64,000 nucleotides of DNA from Syntrophales bacterium (GTDB lineage: Bacteria; Desulfobacterota; Syntrophia; Syntrophales; PHBD01). Shown in pieces: positions 29,126 to 39,463 of the stretch. Location: positions 1,664,001 through 1,728,000 of the forward strand of contig OY764159.1 in the NCBI GenBank assembly GCA_963668175.1, read 5' to 3'. Every line of letters starts with the position of its first letter. Positions within the stretch are counted from its first letter, which is position 1. The position numbers and the translations under genes are program-made. Under the pieces are notes generated by a model that worked only from the letters and a program-made list of their open reading frames with translations, was not told the origin of the DNA and did not search any database.

Positions 29126-30796
29126 ATGCGCAAGACAAGGATGTTGTTATTGGTGGGCGGTATCATGCTGGTGCTGATATCGTCGTCCGTCGCCGCAGCC
29201 GCCGAGGCGAAGGATGCCCGGAGCGGCGCGACGTCTTTTGAAAAGCTGATGGGCTTCGGCGAAGGCCTGGCTGCCGTTTACGCCAAAGGGCAGTGGGGTT
29301 TTATCGACCTGGCGGGCAAGCGGGTCATCGAGCCCCTCTTCCATGAAGTCAGGGGATTCCGCGGAGACTATGCCGCGGCCCGCCTGGAAAAGCGATGGGG
29401 TTTCATCGACAGGAAGGGCACGTTCGTCATCAATCCCCAGTTCGACGACGCCCGGAATTTTTCCGAAGGCCTGGCCGTCGTGAAGAAAGAGAATGCCTGG
29501 GGTGTAATTAACGAAAAGGGTGCTATCGTCCTCGACTATTCCTATGAAGATCTGAAGAGTTTCAACGGCGGCCTGGCCCCGGCCAAGAGGACCGGCAAGT
29601 GGGGCTACATCGCCAAGGACGGAAGCTTCAAAATCGCCCGGACCTGGCTGGAGGCCGGCGAATTCGCCGACGGCTTCGCCCCGGTGAAGACCGTGGAAAA
29701 CCAGTGGGGTTATATCGATACCAAGGGCCGGTACGTCATCGAGGCCCAGTTCGACGGCGCCGGCGGATTCTCGGGCGGGCTGGCCCCCGTGCAGGAAGAG
29801 ACGAAATGGGGCTTCATCGACAGGAAGGGCAAATTCCGGATCAACCCCCAGTACGCCGGAGCCAGGCCTTTTAAAGACGATCTGGCTGCGGTGCAGTCGG
29901 GCGGCAAGTGGGGTTACATCGACAGGAAAGGGAGGCTCGCCGTCCCCTGTAGTTTCGATGCGTCCGGCGACTTCAGCGGCGGCCGCGCCCTCGTGGAAAA
30001 AGACGGCGTCTCCTTCTACATCGACAAGAAAGGCGGGCAGATCCTCGACGTATCGGCCCGTAAGGTGGTCGCGGCGGCTCCGGTGACTCCGGCGGCTCCG
30101 GCGGCGAAAAGAAGCAGCCTGAAGGACGCGTGTGGCCAGACGCCCTGTCGCATTACCGGCCTCGGCAACGTCGCCTTCGGCGATATCCCCGTCAGCAACA
30201 GGTTAGGGAGTGCAGCGGACAACGATCTCGTGATCCTGAACCTGAGTTCTTCCGATCTCGTTGTGACCGCGAACAACATCTTTGCCGGCATGCCGAACAC
30301 GATCAAGAAAGGGCACAACTACACGTTCTATAACCAGAAGGATACGTTACAGGGTTATATAACCTTCGCGTTCGACGATGCCGCGAACCCCGATCCGTTC
30401 ATGATTTATGGGGATCACGTATCCCAGGACCCGTTTGCCTTTTTCGTGCAGGATCCCTGTCCGCAATCCTCTTTGTCCACCAGGAAGGGACTCAAGGCAC
30501 CGCTGGGCAGTTCGCCTGCAGCCCCGAAAGATTCGGGAAACAGTCCCTATCAGTGGGACGGCCAGATGCACTGGGGCCGGTTCGCCACGAATGTCGCGCC
30601 GGTGGGGCAGTGTCCGGAAATGTGCACGGATTACAGGGCCTATACCGTCGTATCGCCCCGGCGGACCGTCACGATCTCTTCGACGAATTTCAAGGAAAAA
30701 ACCGGCGGCACGCTTTTCCTCATCGTTGCCGATACGAATCCGGGCGACGGCGTTTCGATCTTCTCGCAGCGCATCTCGCCCGTCGTACCCAAATAG
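29126..30796 (+). CDS. Secreted WG-repeat protein with unknown C-terminal domain
   Basis: Signal peptide; tandem F-x-x-GLA...WG(F/Y)ID-x-KG repeats; Ala/Pro linker; ~220-aa beta-rich tail. Confidence 0.9.
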   Translation: MRKTRMLLLVGGIMLVLISSSVAAAAEAKDARSGATSFEKLMGFGEGLAAVYAKGQWGFIDLAGKRVIEPLFHEVRGFRGDYAAARLEKRWGFIDRKGTFVINPQFDDARNFSEGLAVVKKENAWGVINEKGAIVLDYSYEDLKSFNGGLAPAKRTGKWGYIAKDGSFKIARTWLEAGEFADGFAPVKTVENQWGYIDTKGRYVIEAQFDGAGGFSGGLAPVQEETKWGFIDRKGKFRINPQYAGARPFKDDLAAVQSGGKWGYIDRKGRLAVPCSFDASGDFSGGRALVEKDGVSFYIDKKGGQILDVSARKVVAAAPVTPAAPAAKRSSLKDACGQTPCRITGLGNVAFGDIPVSNRLGSAADNDLVILNLSSSDLVVTANNIFAGMPNTIKKGHNYTFYNQKDTLQGYITFAFDDAANPDPFMIYGDHVSQDPFAFFVQDPCPQSSLSTRKGLKAPLGSSPAAPKDSGNSPYQWDGQMHWGRFATNVAPVGQCPEMCTDYRAYTVVSPRRTVTISSTNFKEKTGGTLFLIVADTNPGDGVSIFSQRISPVVPK

Positions 30797-30811
30797 AAAG
30801 GATAACAGAAC

Positions 30812-32896
30812 ATGAACAAGTCCCTTAAATGGTTTCTCATAGTCGCTTTCGGGTTCTGTCTCGGCATCCTGCCGCCTGCCGTCTGCCCGGCGATGCAGGC
30901 CTACGAGCTGGCTCAGAATCTCACCGGCACGGCGTCGGGTACGGTCATCTTCCTCCAGAATCTGTCGCCGTACTCAATCAAGCTGACGGCGCACAATGTT
31001 TCCGATCCCGTGACGGCCAGTTCCCAGAGCACGGTCCTGGTACCCTTGGGCTTCCCGACGGCGCTGCCCGCGACAGTCTATCCCTCGTGTACGGCCGTGG
31101 CCTACACCTCGCCAATGGTTCCCATATTCGTCAACTTTCAGGACTATAATTCGCCGATCGTCAACCTGTTTCAGCTCGATTACCTGATCAGCCAGGTTAC
31201 GGCCCTCGACAACCAGAATCGCCCCGTTACCGCCGACGTCCCGTTCCGTCTCTACATTTCCCATACGGTTCCCCCGGCGCCAGAACGGGGCAGCATGCAT
31301 CTGCTCTGGAATCTGTTCAAGGAAGCCCTGTCCATCACCGATGTCGTTCTGGACCCGGAAAGCAAGATAGGGTGGATCGCCCTGGCGGCCGACACCTACG
31401 ATCTCATCGACGACGCCGCCTTCCCGGACGGCAACAAGAATACGGGTTCGCCGAGCAATCCGAACATCATTGCCGCCTATGCCGTCATGGACTTCACCAG
31501 GGAGACCCCCAGCGTCTTCACTACCGACGGGAGTCTCCAGAATACGGATGCCATCGCCACCCAGGCGGGAGGCATGTCCGCCCCGGCCAACGGCATTATC
31601 GTGACGGTTTCGACGGTCCGCGGCAAATGGGGAACGACCGGGGCCGACGTAGTGCCCTACACTTTCGTGACCATTTACGACACCCCCCATTTCACGGCAG
31701 CCAGCCTCTCCCTGGCCATCAAGGATGCGACCAAGGCGGGGACGCTTACGGCCGATAACGCCACAGCCGGAATGGCGGTCCGCATGCAGAAGAGCGGCCG
31801 CGTGGCGATTATGGAGATCGCCAATGCGTTGAAAGGCTTTTCTCCCCAGCAGTATGCCGCCGTGAACAGCGCCATTGCGAAGATCAGGGGCGGAAAGGCG
31901 CTGGCGTCCGATGAAGCGGCGATCCTGAACGATCTGGGGGCCCGGGCTGACAAGCTGATCCTGGCCCGTGCGACCGATTGCCCGTCGGGGGCTTGCACCA
32001 TGCCCGACGGGACGTGCACGCAGACCAAGCAACTGGACTGCAAGGGCACTTATAAAGGCGACGGGACGACCTGTCCCACCGGGGCCTGTTTCAAGGACGC
32101 CAACACCTGCACCATACTGACGCAGGTGGCCTGCAAGGCGATCTCGGGGGCGACCTACAAGGGCGACAACACGTCCTGCCCCACCGGCGGCTGTTATTAC
32201 CAGAGCACCCAGACCTGCGACACCGGCCTTACTCAGGACGCCTGTATCGCCAAGAACGGCAGCTATATGGGCAACTATACGGACTGCGGCAAAGGCGCCT
32301 GTTACCTTCAGGATAACTGTTCGATTACGTACGGCGGCCTGTGCACGCCGCCCTCGATATATCACGGGACGGGTGCGGTCTGCGGCGCCGTCATGTCGGT
32401 TTCTCCCGTCTATCTCGGCGCCAAGAAAGACCCTTCCGCACAGTTAAGGGGACTCTCGGCCAATGTCCAAAATCCCTTTGCCGCCCTCACCTTTTCCAGT
32501 GAGGATTATCTCATGGCCAACTCTTGTACCGGCCCGATGCTGTCCTGCGGCTTCAGTGTCATGATGGACGCGACCAAGCCTCTCAAAACGGCCTTCACCG
32601 TGTCGGACGGAAAGAAGTCCTTCGATATCAAGGCCACCTGGGGCATGGATCTCCCCCAGACGTCGTTGACGGCGAAGTCTTCAAAGAAACAGTGCCAGTT
32701 CGCCGTTCCCGTCAACTACTCGTCCGGCTCCGTCCAGATCACGGGAGGCCCCGCAGTCGTTGCGAACACCTGCAACGGTTCCCAGGGCGACTCCTGCCTG
32801 GTCACGCTCAAGACGTCCGTGGGAACGTCCACGGCTACCTTGACGGACCCGGTGACGGGGATCAGCGCCGCAGTGAGTCTGAACTGCCAGAAGTGA
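30812..32896 (+). CDS. Secreted hypothetical protein with Cys-rich tandem repeats
   Basis: Signal peptide; four C-x-x-G(A/G)C...C...C...Y-x-G repeats (~31976-32386); host-like codon usage. Confidence 0.8.
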   Translation: MNKSLKWFLIVAFGFCLGILPPAVCPAMQAYELAQNLTGTASGTVIFLQNLSPYSIKLTAHNVSDPVTASSQSTVLVPLGFPTALPATVYPSCTAVAYTSPMVPIFVNFQDYNSPIVNLFQLDYLISQVTALDNQNRPVTADVPFRLYISHTVPPAPERGSMHLLWNLFKEALSITDVVLDPESKIGWIALAADTYDLIDDAAFPDGNKNTGSPSNPNIIAAYAVMDFTRETPSVFTTDGSLQNTDAIATQAGGMSAPANGIIVTVSTVRGKWGTTGADVVPYTFVTIYDTPHFTAASLSLAIKDATKAGTLTADNATAGMAVRMQKSGRVAIMEIANALKGFSPQQYAAVNSAIAKIRGGKALASDEAAILNDLGARADKLILARATDCPSGACTMPDGTCTQTKQLDCKGTYKGDGTTCPTGACFKDANTCTILTQVACKAISGATYKGDNTSCPTGGCYYQSTQTCDTGLTQDACIAKNGSYMGNYTDCGKGACYLQDNCSITYGGLCTPPSIYHGTGAVCGAVMSVSPVYLGAKKDPSAQLRGLSANVQNPFAALTFSSEDYLMANSCTGPMLSCGFSVMMDATKPLKTAFTVSDGKKSFDIKATWGMDLPQTSLTAKSSKKQCQFAVPVNYSSGSVQITGGPAVVANTCNGSQGDSCLVTLKTSVGTSTATLTDPVTGISAAVSLNCQK

Positions 32897-32981
32897 CGCG
32901 GAATGCCGGCCTGCCGGCATCTTGACGCGGACAGCATTGTTCCGGATGCGTCCGGAAAAGGTTGAAAGAAAGGAAGAACGA

Positions 32982-34088
32982 ATGAAAAAAATCAAATGGC
33001 CGACCACGTTGCTTGCGCTTTTGCTGTTCTCTGTCCTGGCCGCGGCGGCGGAGGCCTGCTCCGTCGTTCGCGTTATCGCCAAGGACGGAACCATCATCAG
33101 CGCCCGCACGATGGAATTCGGCATGGATATGAAGTACAACGCCATGGTCGTCCCGCGGGGCAAGGTTTTCGCCAGTCCCGCCCCCGGCAAGGGAACGGGG
33201 CTGAAATGGAAGACGCGCTACGGGTACGTTGCCGTCAATGCCTTGGGCGACGAGACAGTCGCCACGGACGGCATGAACGAAGCGGGCCTGTCCATGAGCC
33301 ATCTGTGGTATGAAAACGACATGGAATGGCAGACTGCGGGTTCGTCGGAAAAGGCGGAGGCCCTGGCCAACGCGATGTTCGGCACGTGGATCCTCGGCAA
33401 TTTCGCCACCGTCGACGAAGCGGCGAAGGCCCTGAAGAAGATCAAGGTCTTCAGCTACAAGGTGGCCGAGGCGGGCAACGTCTCATTCCCCGCCCACTTT
33501 ATCATCAACGACGCCAAGGGCGGCTCCATCGTCATCGAGTACGACAAGGGCCAGCTCCACGTCTACGACAATCCCCTGGGGATTATGACCAACGCGCCGA
33601 ACTTCCCCTGGATGGTCAACAACCTCCGCAATTACGTCGGCATGACCAACGACCAGCGCGGGGCTCAGGACTTCGGCGGCATGAAGCTTCCCGCCACTGG
33701 CCACGGCGCGGGGATGCTCGGCCTGCCGGGGGACATCACGCCCCCGAGCCGGTTCGTCCGTCTCGCCGTCCTGTCGAAGTTCGCCGATCCCCAGGAAACG
33801 GCCGAAGGGGCTTTGAACCTCGCCCAGCATCTCGTCAGCACGATCCATATCGTGAAGGGCACGATCGTGGACCGCGACAAGGACGGCAAGATCGTCGCGA
33901 GCGAAACGACCCAGTGGTCGTCCTACCGGGACCTCACGAACCGCATCTTCTATTTCCGCACCTACGATAACTTCAATATGCGGAAGATCGACCTGAAGCG
34001 GCTCGACTTCACCGGGCCCAAGGTCCGGCAGATCGAGATCGTCCAGGACCGGGAGGCGATTGCGGACGTCACCGACCGTCTGAAATAA
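32982..34088 (+). CDS. Choloylglycine hydrolase / penicillin V acylase family Ntn hydrolase, secreted
   Basis: Signal peptide ending AEA then nucleophile C; ARTMEF, DGMNEAGL, MTNAP, LPGDITPPSRFVR. Confidence 0.92.
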   Translation: MKKIKWPTTLLALLLFSVLAAAAEACSVVRVIAKDGTIISARTMEFGMDMKYNAMVVPRGKVFASPAPGKGTGLKWKTRYGYVAVNALGDETVATDGMNEAGLSMSHLWYENDMEWQTAGSSEKAEALANAMFGTWILGNFATVDEAAKALKKIKVFSYKVAEAGNVSFPAHFIINDAKGGSIVIEYDKGQLHVYDNPLGIMTNAPNFPWMVNNLRNYVGMTNDQRGAQDFGGMKLPATGHGAGMLGLPGDITPPSRFVRLAVLSKFADPQETAEGALNLAQHLVSTIHIVKGTIVDRDKDGKIVASETTQWSSYRDLTNRIFYFRTYDNFNMRKIDLKRLDFTGPKVRQIEIVQDREAIADVTDRLK

Positions 34089-34097
34089 TCACGCATT

Positions 34098-34146
34098 GCG
34101 ACCGTCCCGCGGCTTTCCCGGCCGCGGGACGGTCGCGCTCTTCTTC
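34098..34146 (+). terminator. Putative intrinsic terminator
   Basis: 16-bp perfect stem GCGACCGTCCCGCGGC / GCCGCGGGACGGTCGC followed by a pyrimidine tract. Confidence 0.6.
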
Positions 34147-34387
34147 CGTGGTTCCCTCTTCATGAAGCCGGCATGTGGGGCAAACGGTTCTTCTCCGGCC
34201 CCCTCCCGTCAGATAAAAGCTATCAATATCCCTCCATATAACCCCGATTGTCCGCCCCAGGCCCCGGGAGTAATTTATAAAGCAGGAAGTCCTCCGCGGC
34301 GACGGGCTGCGAACCCGCAGGGTATGGGGATAACGGTTGCCTCCCGGAGCGCAGAGGGTGCACGGGAACGGACAAAGAGGAAAGGAA

Positions 34388-35599
34388 ATGAAACAGGGAT
34401 ACCGCACCACGGCCGTCGTCTGGATCGTTGCCCTGTCCCTTCTTGTGCCGATGCCCGTGCTCGCCCAACAACCGCCGGAAGATGCTGCGGCGCAAAAGTC
34501 CCACGTCTATTCCCAGGAAGAACTCGACCGGCTCCTCGCGCCTATCGCGCTCTATCCCGATACGCTGCTTTCGCAGATTCTCATGGCGGCCACGTATCCC
34601 CTGGAGGTGGTCGAGGCCGACCGCTGGCTCAAGCAGAACAAGGGCCTGGGCGTCGACGCCCTCGATGCGGCCATGATGTCGAAACCCTGGGACGTGAGCG
34701 TGAAGTCGCTGTGCCACTATCCGCAGGTGCTCGCCATGATGAGCGACAAGCTGGAACTGACGAACGACCTGGGCAACGCCTTCCTCAATCAGCAGGAACA
34801 GGTGATGAATACCGTTCAGGATCTCCGCGCCAAGGCGCAGTCCCGCGGCAATCTCACGGCGACCGAGAAGCAGAAGGTCGCCTCCGAGGACGGGGCCATT
34901 ACCATCGTCCCGGCAACCCCCGAGGTCGTCTACGTGCCGGCCTACGATCCCTGCTGGGTTTACGGGCCATGGTGGTATCCCTCCTGCACGCCGTGGTGGT
35001 TCTGGTATCCGGGGATCGTGGTCGGCGCCGGGTTCTTCTTCGGTCCGCCCTGCTTTGTCGGCCCCCTCGATTTCTGGTGCGGTTTCCGCTGGCGGCGTCA
35101 CGAAATATTCGTCAGTGTCAACAAGACGTTTGTCGTCCACAACCCTTCCTTCACCAGGATGCACGGCGGTACGGAGGTCTGGGTACACGATCCCGCGCAC
35201 CGGCGCGGCGTGGCCTATACCCGGCCGGAAACCGCCCGCCGCTTTGGTCAGATGGTCCGTCCGGGTGTGGACGCCCGCCGGTCGTTCCGGGGATTCGCAC
35301 CGGAAGGCATCCGGCCGGGGACACCCGCGGGTTCCGCGGCGCGGCCGTTTTCGCCGTCGCCGGGGATAGGAAAACCAGGCAGGCCGTTTTCGCAGCCGCA
35401 GGGTGTCTCTCCGGCTTTCAGGCCGTCTTCGCCGCAGGCCGGGCACGCTTTTGAGGGTTTCGGAGCGAGCCACGGGGAAGTCGTGCAGCACAGCGAGCGC
35501 GGGCACAGCAGTGTGGGAAGCAGCGGCGGCGGCCGCGTCGGGGGAGGCAGTATCGGCGGCCACGTCGGCGGCGGTCACGTGGGGGGAGGCAGGCGATGA
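34388..35599 (+). CDS. DUF3300 domain protein
   Basis: ELDRLLAPIALYPDTLLSQILMAATYP, WDVSVKSL, VVYVPAYDP; Gly-rich tail. Confidence 0.92.
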   Translation: MKQGYRTTAVVWIVALSLLVPMPVLAQQPPEDAAAQKSHVYSQEELDRLLAPIALYPDTLLSQILMAATYPLEVVEADRWLKQNKGLGVDALDAAMMSKPWDVSVKSLCHYPQVLAMMSDKLELTNDLGNAFLNQQEQVMNTVQDLRAKAQSRGNLTATEKQKVASEDGAITIVPATPEVVYVPAYDPCWVYGPWWYPSCTPWWFWYPGIVVGAGFFFGPPCFVGPLDFWCGFRWRRHEIFVSVNKTFVVHNPSFTRMHGGTEVWVHDPAHRRGVAYTRPETARRFGQMVRPGVDARRSFRGFAPEGIRPGTPAGSAARPFSPSPGIGKPGRPFSQPQGVSPAFRPSSPQAGHAFEGFGASHGEVVQHSERGHSSVGSSGGGRVGGGSIGGHVGGGHVGGGRR

Positions 35600-36555
35600 C
35601 AGGGATATCGGGCAAAAGAAGGCCGATGGCATTCGCTAGGCTGCTTTGCTGTGCGGCGGTTGCAGTCATGGCGATCCACGCAGCCCCGGGTGAAGGCCTG
35701 GCTGCGAAGGCCAGACAGCTCGCGTTCGACTCGCCCGAAGCGGCCTTCAATGCGATGATGCAGGCCATTCGGACCGGCGACGGCGGGCAGCTTAAGGCCC
35801 TGTTCGGCCCGGCCGGTAAAGACATCTTTCCCGCCGACCCGGAGGGGAGCGCCGCCCTGAGGAAGAAATTCGCCGCGGCCTACGACGAAAAATTCCGCCT
35901 GGAACGCCGGGGCGAGGACAAGGCGGTCCTGCACGTGGGCGACAACGACTGGCCCTGGCCCGTTCCCCTGGTCAAAGCCGGCAAACGCTGGCGGTTCGAT
36001 ACGGCGGAGGGCATCCGGGAAATCGTTGCGCGCCGGATCGGCAGGAACGAAATCTCCGCCATCCAGGTCTGCCTCGCCTATGTGGACGCGCAGCGGGAAT
36101 ACGCCGCAGAGCATCGCACCGGGGATATCGGCGAATATTCGCAGAAGCTCGCAAGCGACCCGGGCCTCAAGAACGGGCTCTGCTGGGAAACCAGGGAAGG
36201 GGAGAGGCCGAGCTTTCTCGGGCCGCTGCTCGTCGGGGCCTGCAAGACCGAAGCGACGGGAACGACCCCGCTTGTGACGTCCTTCGCCCCCTATCACGGT
36301 TACTATTACAGGATCCTCAAGCGTCAAGGCCGGGCGGCGCCCGGAGGCGCCTACGGCTACGTCGTGGACGGGAAGATGATCGGCGGATTTGCCCTCGTCG
36401 CGTATCCGGCCGTGTACGGCGCTTCGGGAATCATGACGTTCATCGTCGATAAGGACGGCGTCGTCTACCAGAAAGACCTGGGCCGCTACACGGAGAAGCT
36501 TGCCGAGTCGATGGAGAGCTACAATCCCGACGCCACCTGGAAAAAAGTGGATTGA
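35596..36555 (+). CDS. DUF2950 domain protein
   Basis: WPWPVPLV, RRIGRNE, PYHGYYYRIL, GGFALVAYPAVYG; the usual partner of DUF3300. Confidence 0.92.
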   Translation: MTGISGKRRPMAFARLLCCAAVAVMAIHAAPGEGLAAKARQLAFDSPEAAFNAMMQAIRTGDGGQLKALFGPAGKDIFPADPEGSAALRKKFAAAYDEKFRLERRGEDKAVLHVGDNDWPWPVPLVKAGKRWRFDTAEGIREIVARRIGRNEISAIQVCLAYVDAQREYAAEHRTGDIGEYSQKLASDPGLKNGLCWETREGERPSFLGPLLVGACKTEATGTTPLVTSFAPYHGYYYRILKRQGRAAPGGAYGYVVDGKMIGGFALVAYPAVYGASGIMTFIVDKDGVVYQKDLGRYTEKLAESMESYNPDATWKKVD

Positions 36556-36755
36556 CCATCGGGACCCGCCGGTTATTCTTTTCCCGGTTCCCGGCTTCGC
36601 GCCGCCGGACCTTGCCGGAAAGAAATCCTGTCTGCAAAGGCCTTCCTGTGTTATAAGAAGAGAGTTGCGGCCGGCTGGGCCTCCACGGGCCGCAGCGGTT
36701 CTTCTCTGTCCTTGCGCATCGCGGATGCGGACGACATTCCCTGGAGGAAGGAGGA

Positions 36756-37700
36756 ATGAGCATGCTTCAATCCCCCTGGCTGCGGGCGGCCCGCCTGCAA
36801 CTGCACACCATCGGTTTCGCCCCGCTTCTCCTCGGCAACGTCGCCGCCTGGTACGAGCAAGGTGTTTTCAGTTGGCCGCGGTTCATCCTTTCCCTGCTGA
36901 TCGGGCTTTTCCTCCATATCATCACGGCGTTCGTCAACGACGTGGCGGATGTCGGCACCGACGGGGCCAACCTTTCCCGGACACCCTTTTCCGGAGGTTC
37001 GGGCGTCCTCGTCGAGGGACGGCTATCCCGTGCCGACCTGGCCGCGGGCGCGAGCGGACTGGCCTTCCTTTCTCTGGCCCTGACCTGGGTGCTGATCTTC
37101 GTCCTCCATGTCCATTGGGCGATCGCTCTCTTTGTCGGCTGGGGCCTGTTCTCCGCCGTAGAATACAGCCTCCCCCCCGTGAAGCTCGCCTACCGGGGAG
37201 GCGGCGAATTCCTGGTCCTCGTGACCTACAGCCTGGCGCTGGTATGGGCCGGATATTTCGTGCAGGCGGGCTTCGCCTATTCGCCCTTGATCTGGGTGTT
37301 TTCCGTTCCGATAGGTTTCGCCGTCTTCACGTTGATTACGGTAACGCAGTTTCCGGACCGGGAGGCCGATGCGAAGGCCGGCAAGCGGTCGCTCGTCATC
37401 CTCTTCGGCGAAAAAACGACCCTGCGCATCTGTGCGCTCGCCGTTATGCTCGGTATGGCCGGCATTGTCACGTCCTTCCTGACGGGTTTCGTTCCGGTCT
37501 GGGCGGGGGTGATGTCGCTCCTCGCTTTGCCCCTCACGTATCGCCTGGCGAAAACGATGCTTCGTCCCGACCTGGACGGGACAGCCCTTTATATGAAGCT
37601 CAGCCGGGAGACCTTGCTCCTGACGCTCTGGTTCAGTCTGGCGCCGGCCGCCGGCCTGATCGTGCAGCGCTGGATGGGTTTTCAGGGGTTGTGTGGATGA
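36756..37700 (+). CDS. UbiA/MenA-family prenyltransferase
   Basis: NDVAD...D, TPFSGGSG, YSLPPVKLAYRGGGE, FPDREADAKAGKRSL; multi-TM. Confidence 0.9.
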   Translation: MSMLQSPWLRAARLQLHTIGFAPLLLGNVAAWYEQGVFSWPRFILSLLIGLFLHIITAFVNDVADVGTDGANLSRTPFSGGSGVLVEGRLSRADLAAGASGLAFLSLALTWVLIFVLHVHWAIALFVGWGLFSAVEYSLPPVKLAYRGGGEFLVLVTYSLALVWAGYFVQAGFAYSPLIWVFSVPIGFAVFTLITVTQFPDREADAKAGKRSLVILFGEKTTLRICALAVMLGMAGIVTSFLTGFVPVWAGVMSLLALPLTYRLAKTMLRPDLDGTALYMKLSRETLLLTLWFSLAPAAGLIVQRWMGFQGLCG

Positions 37701-37822
37701 ATGCCCGGTTCGGCCCGGTGACCTCCGCGCGGCATGTCGGGGGAGACCGGAATCCGGCGCTTCGGTGGTTCGTGTAAGGCAAAACTCCGTCGGGATGCGT
37801 CCGGGACGCATCGGGAAAAGGC

Positions 37823-39463
37823 ATGAGGACTTTCCGCATCATATTCGGTCTCATCGTCGATCTGGCCCTCTTCGGAATGTTTGTTCCCTGGGCGACATTC
37901 CGGACGGGACATCTCCTCGACGGCCTCTTTCCGGTTTCCCTTCGTCCGGCTCTTCTTTTTGACGCCGCGGGCTGCGTGTTCGCCGCGGCGGGAGGGGCGT
38001 GGCTGCTCTGGTCGTGGTATCTCCTTGTCCGGGAAGGCCGCGGCTACATGACGGAGCTTTTCCGCATCGAGATTTCCCCCGTGACGGAGCGGCTCGTTGT
38101 CTCCGGGCCGTTTTCCCTCCACCGCCATCCCGTCTGCGCGGGCTACCTCTTCCTCCTCGCCGGCATCGGACTTGCGAAAGGCTCCTTCTGGTCGGCCGCC
38201 GGATGCGCGCCCCTGATTCTCGTCCTTGTTTCCGTCTATCTTCGCCTCTTCGAGGACCCGGGCCTCCGCCGGCGGTTCGCTGCGGAATACGACGATTATG
38301 CCCGACGGGTCCCCATGTTCTTTCCCGGCAGGCCCGGGCGCGTTTCCGTCGCCTACCGCAACCTCATCGCCGACCGGATACGCTTTGCCGTCACCGTCGC
38401 CGGGGTCGCCTTCGCGGTGCTCCTCATCTGCTTCCAGCTTTCGGTCCTCAAGGGAACGCGGAGCCAGATCACGACCTACATCGACCACGTCGGCGCGGAC
38501 GTCTGGGTGATGCAGAAGGGCGTCGACGACTTCGTCGCAACATCCGCCGTTCCGAAAACGAGTGTCGATGCCGTGAAAAAGCTGAATGGCGTCCGGAAGG
38601 CGGAGGGTATTTACGCCGTTTATACCCTGATCGAAGTCAATAAGGTGAAGTCCCGGGTATACGTGATCGGCTACGACACTGCCACGGGCGATGGCGGCCC
38701 GTGGAAGCTGGGAGAAACCCTGCCTCACATCGCCGGGGCGCGGTCGCTCAAAGACGGTGAAGTCCTCCTCGACCGTGACCTTGCCCGCCGCCATCATCTG
38801 AAAGTCGGCGACCGTGTCTCCCTCTTCGGCCAGACGTTCACCGTCGCCGGCTTCACGCTGGAGACGAACTCCATCGGGAGCCAGTACGCCTTCCTCTCCC
38901 GGGATTCCGTAGGCGGGATCATGCCGGGCGGCGGGTCCTTCTTCACCCATGTGCTCGTCTGGACGGACGGGACGGTTTCCGGCCCGGAGATGGTCCGGCG
39001 GATCGCTGCGGCCACGGGCCTCGGCTGCCTCGCGCGGGAGGTCCTCGACGACCACATGCGCGATTTTCTCGGAATGTTCATGCTGCCCCTGCTCACGGCG
39101 GGCGTCGTCATGGGATTCCTCGTCGGGTCCGTCACCATCGGTATTACCCTGTACACGGCCGTTCTGGAGCGGTTCAAAGAATACGGGACGATGAAGGCCC
39201 TGGGGGCGACGGACCGGTTTCTCTACGGCATCCTCCTGAGGCAGGCCCTTATCTCCCTGGGCTTGGGCACGGCCGTGGGCCTGGCGCTCGCGGCGGGTGC
39301 GGACCGTTTCATCAATCTCTGGGTCCCCGGCATGACGGCCGGCCTCGACAGGGACACGGTCCTGCAGACTGTCCTTGCGGGACTGCTCATGGCGGTCCTG
39401 AGCACAGGCCTCCCCATGTGGCGGCTTTACAGGTTGGACCCGATGGAGGCCTTCCGGTCATGA
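37823..39463 (+). CDS. Fusion: ICMT/PEMT-family membrane methyltransferase + FtsX/MacB-type ABC permease
   Basis: LVVSGPFSLHRHPVCAG...EDPGLRRRFAAEYDDYARRVP, then AYRNLIADRIRF...ERFKEYGTMKALGA...LDPMEAFR, all in one ORF. Confidence 0.85.
   Translation: MRTFRIIFGLIVDLALFGMFVPWATFRTGHLLDGLFPVSLRPALLFDAAGCVFAAAGGAWLLWSWYLLVREGRGYMTELFRIEISPVTERLVVSGPFSLHRHPVCAGYLFLLAGIGLAKGSFWSAAGCAPLILVLVSVYLRLFEDPGLRRRFAAEYDDYARRVPMFFPGRPGRVSVAYRNLIADRIRFAVTVAGVAFAVLLICFQLSVLKGTRSQITTYIDHVGADVWVMQKGVDDFVATSAVPKTSVDAVKKLNGVRKAEGIYAVYTLIEVNKVKSRVYVIGYDTATGDGGPWKLGETLPHIAGARSLKDGEVLLDRDLARRHHLKVGDRVSLFGQTFTVAGFTLETNSIGSQYAFLSRDSVGGIMPGGGSFFTHVLVWTDGTVSGPEMVRRIAAATGLGCLAREVLDDHMRDFLGMFMLPLLTAGVVMGFLVGSVTIGITLYTAVLERFKEYGTMKALGATDRFLYGILLRQALISLGLGTAVGLALAAGADRFINLWVPGMTAGLDRDTVLQTVLAGLLMAVLSTGLPMWRLYRLDPMEAFRS

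Noticed and set aside
37775..37822. GGCAAAAC...GGGACGCA as a c-di-GMP-I riboswitch
   Set aside because: Lacks the GNRA-capped first stem and the second stem; it is only a short GATGCGTCC/GGACGCATC hairpin.
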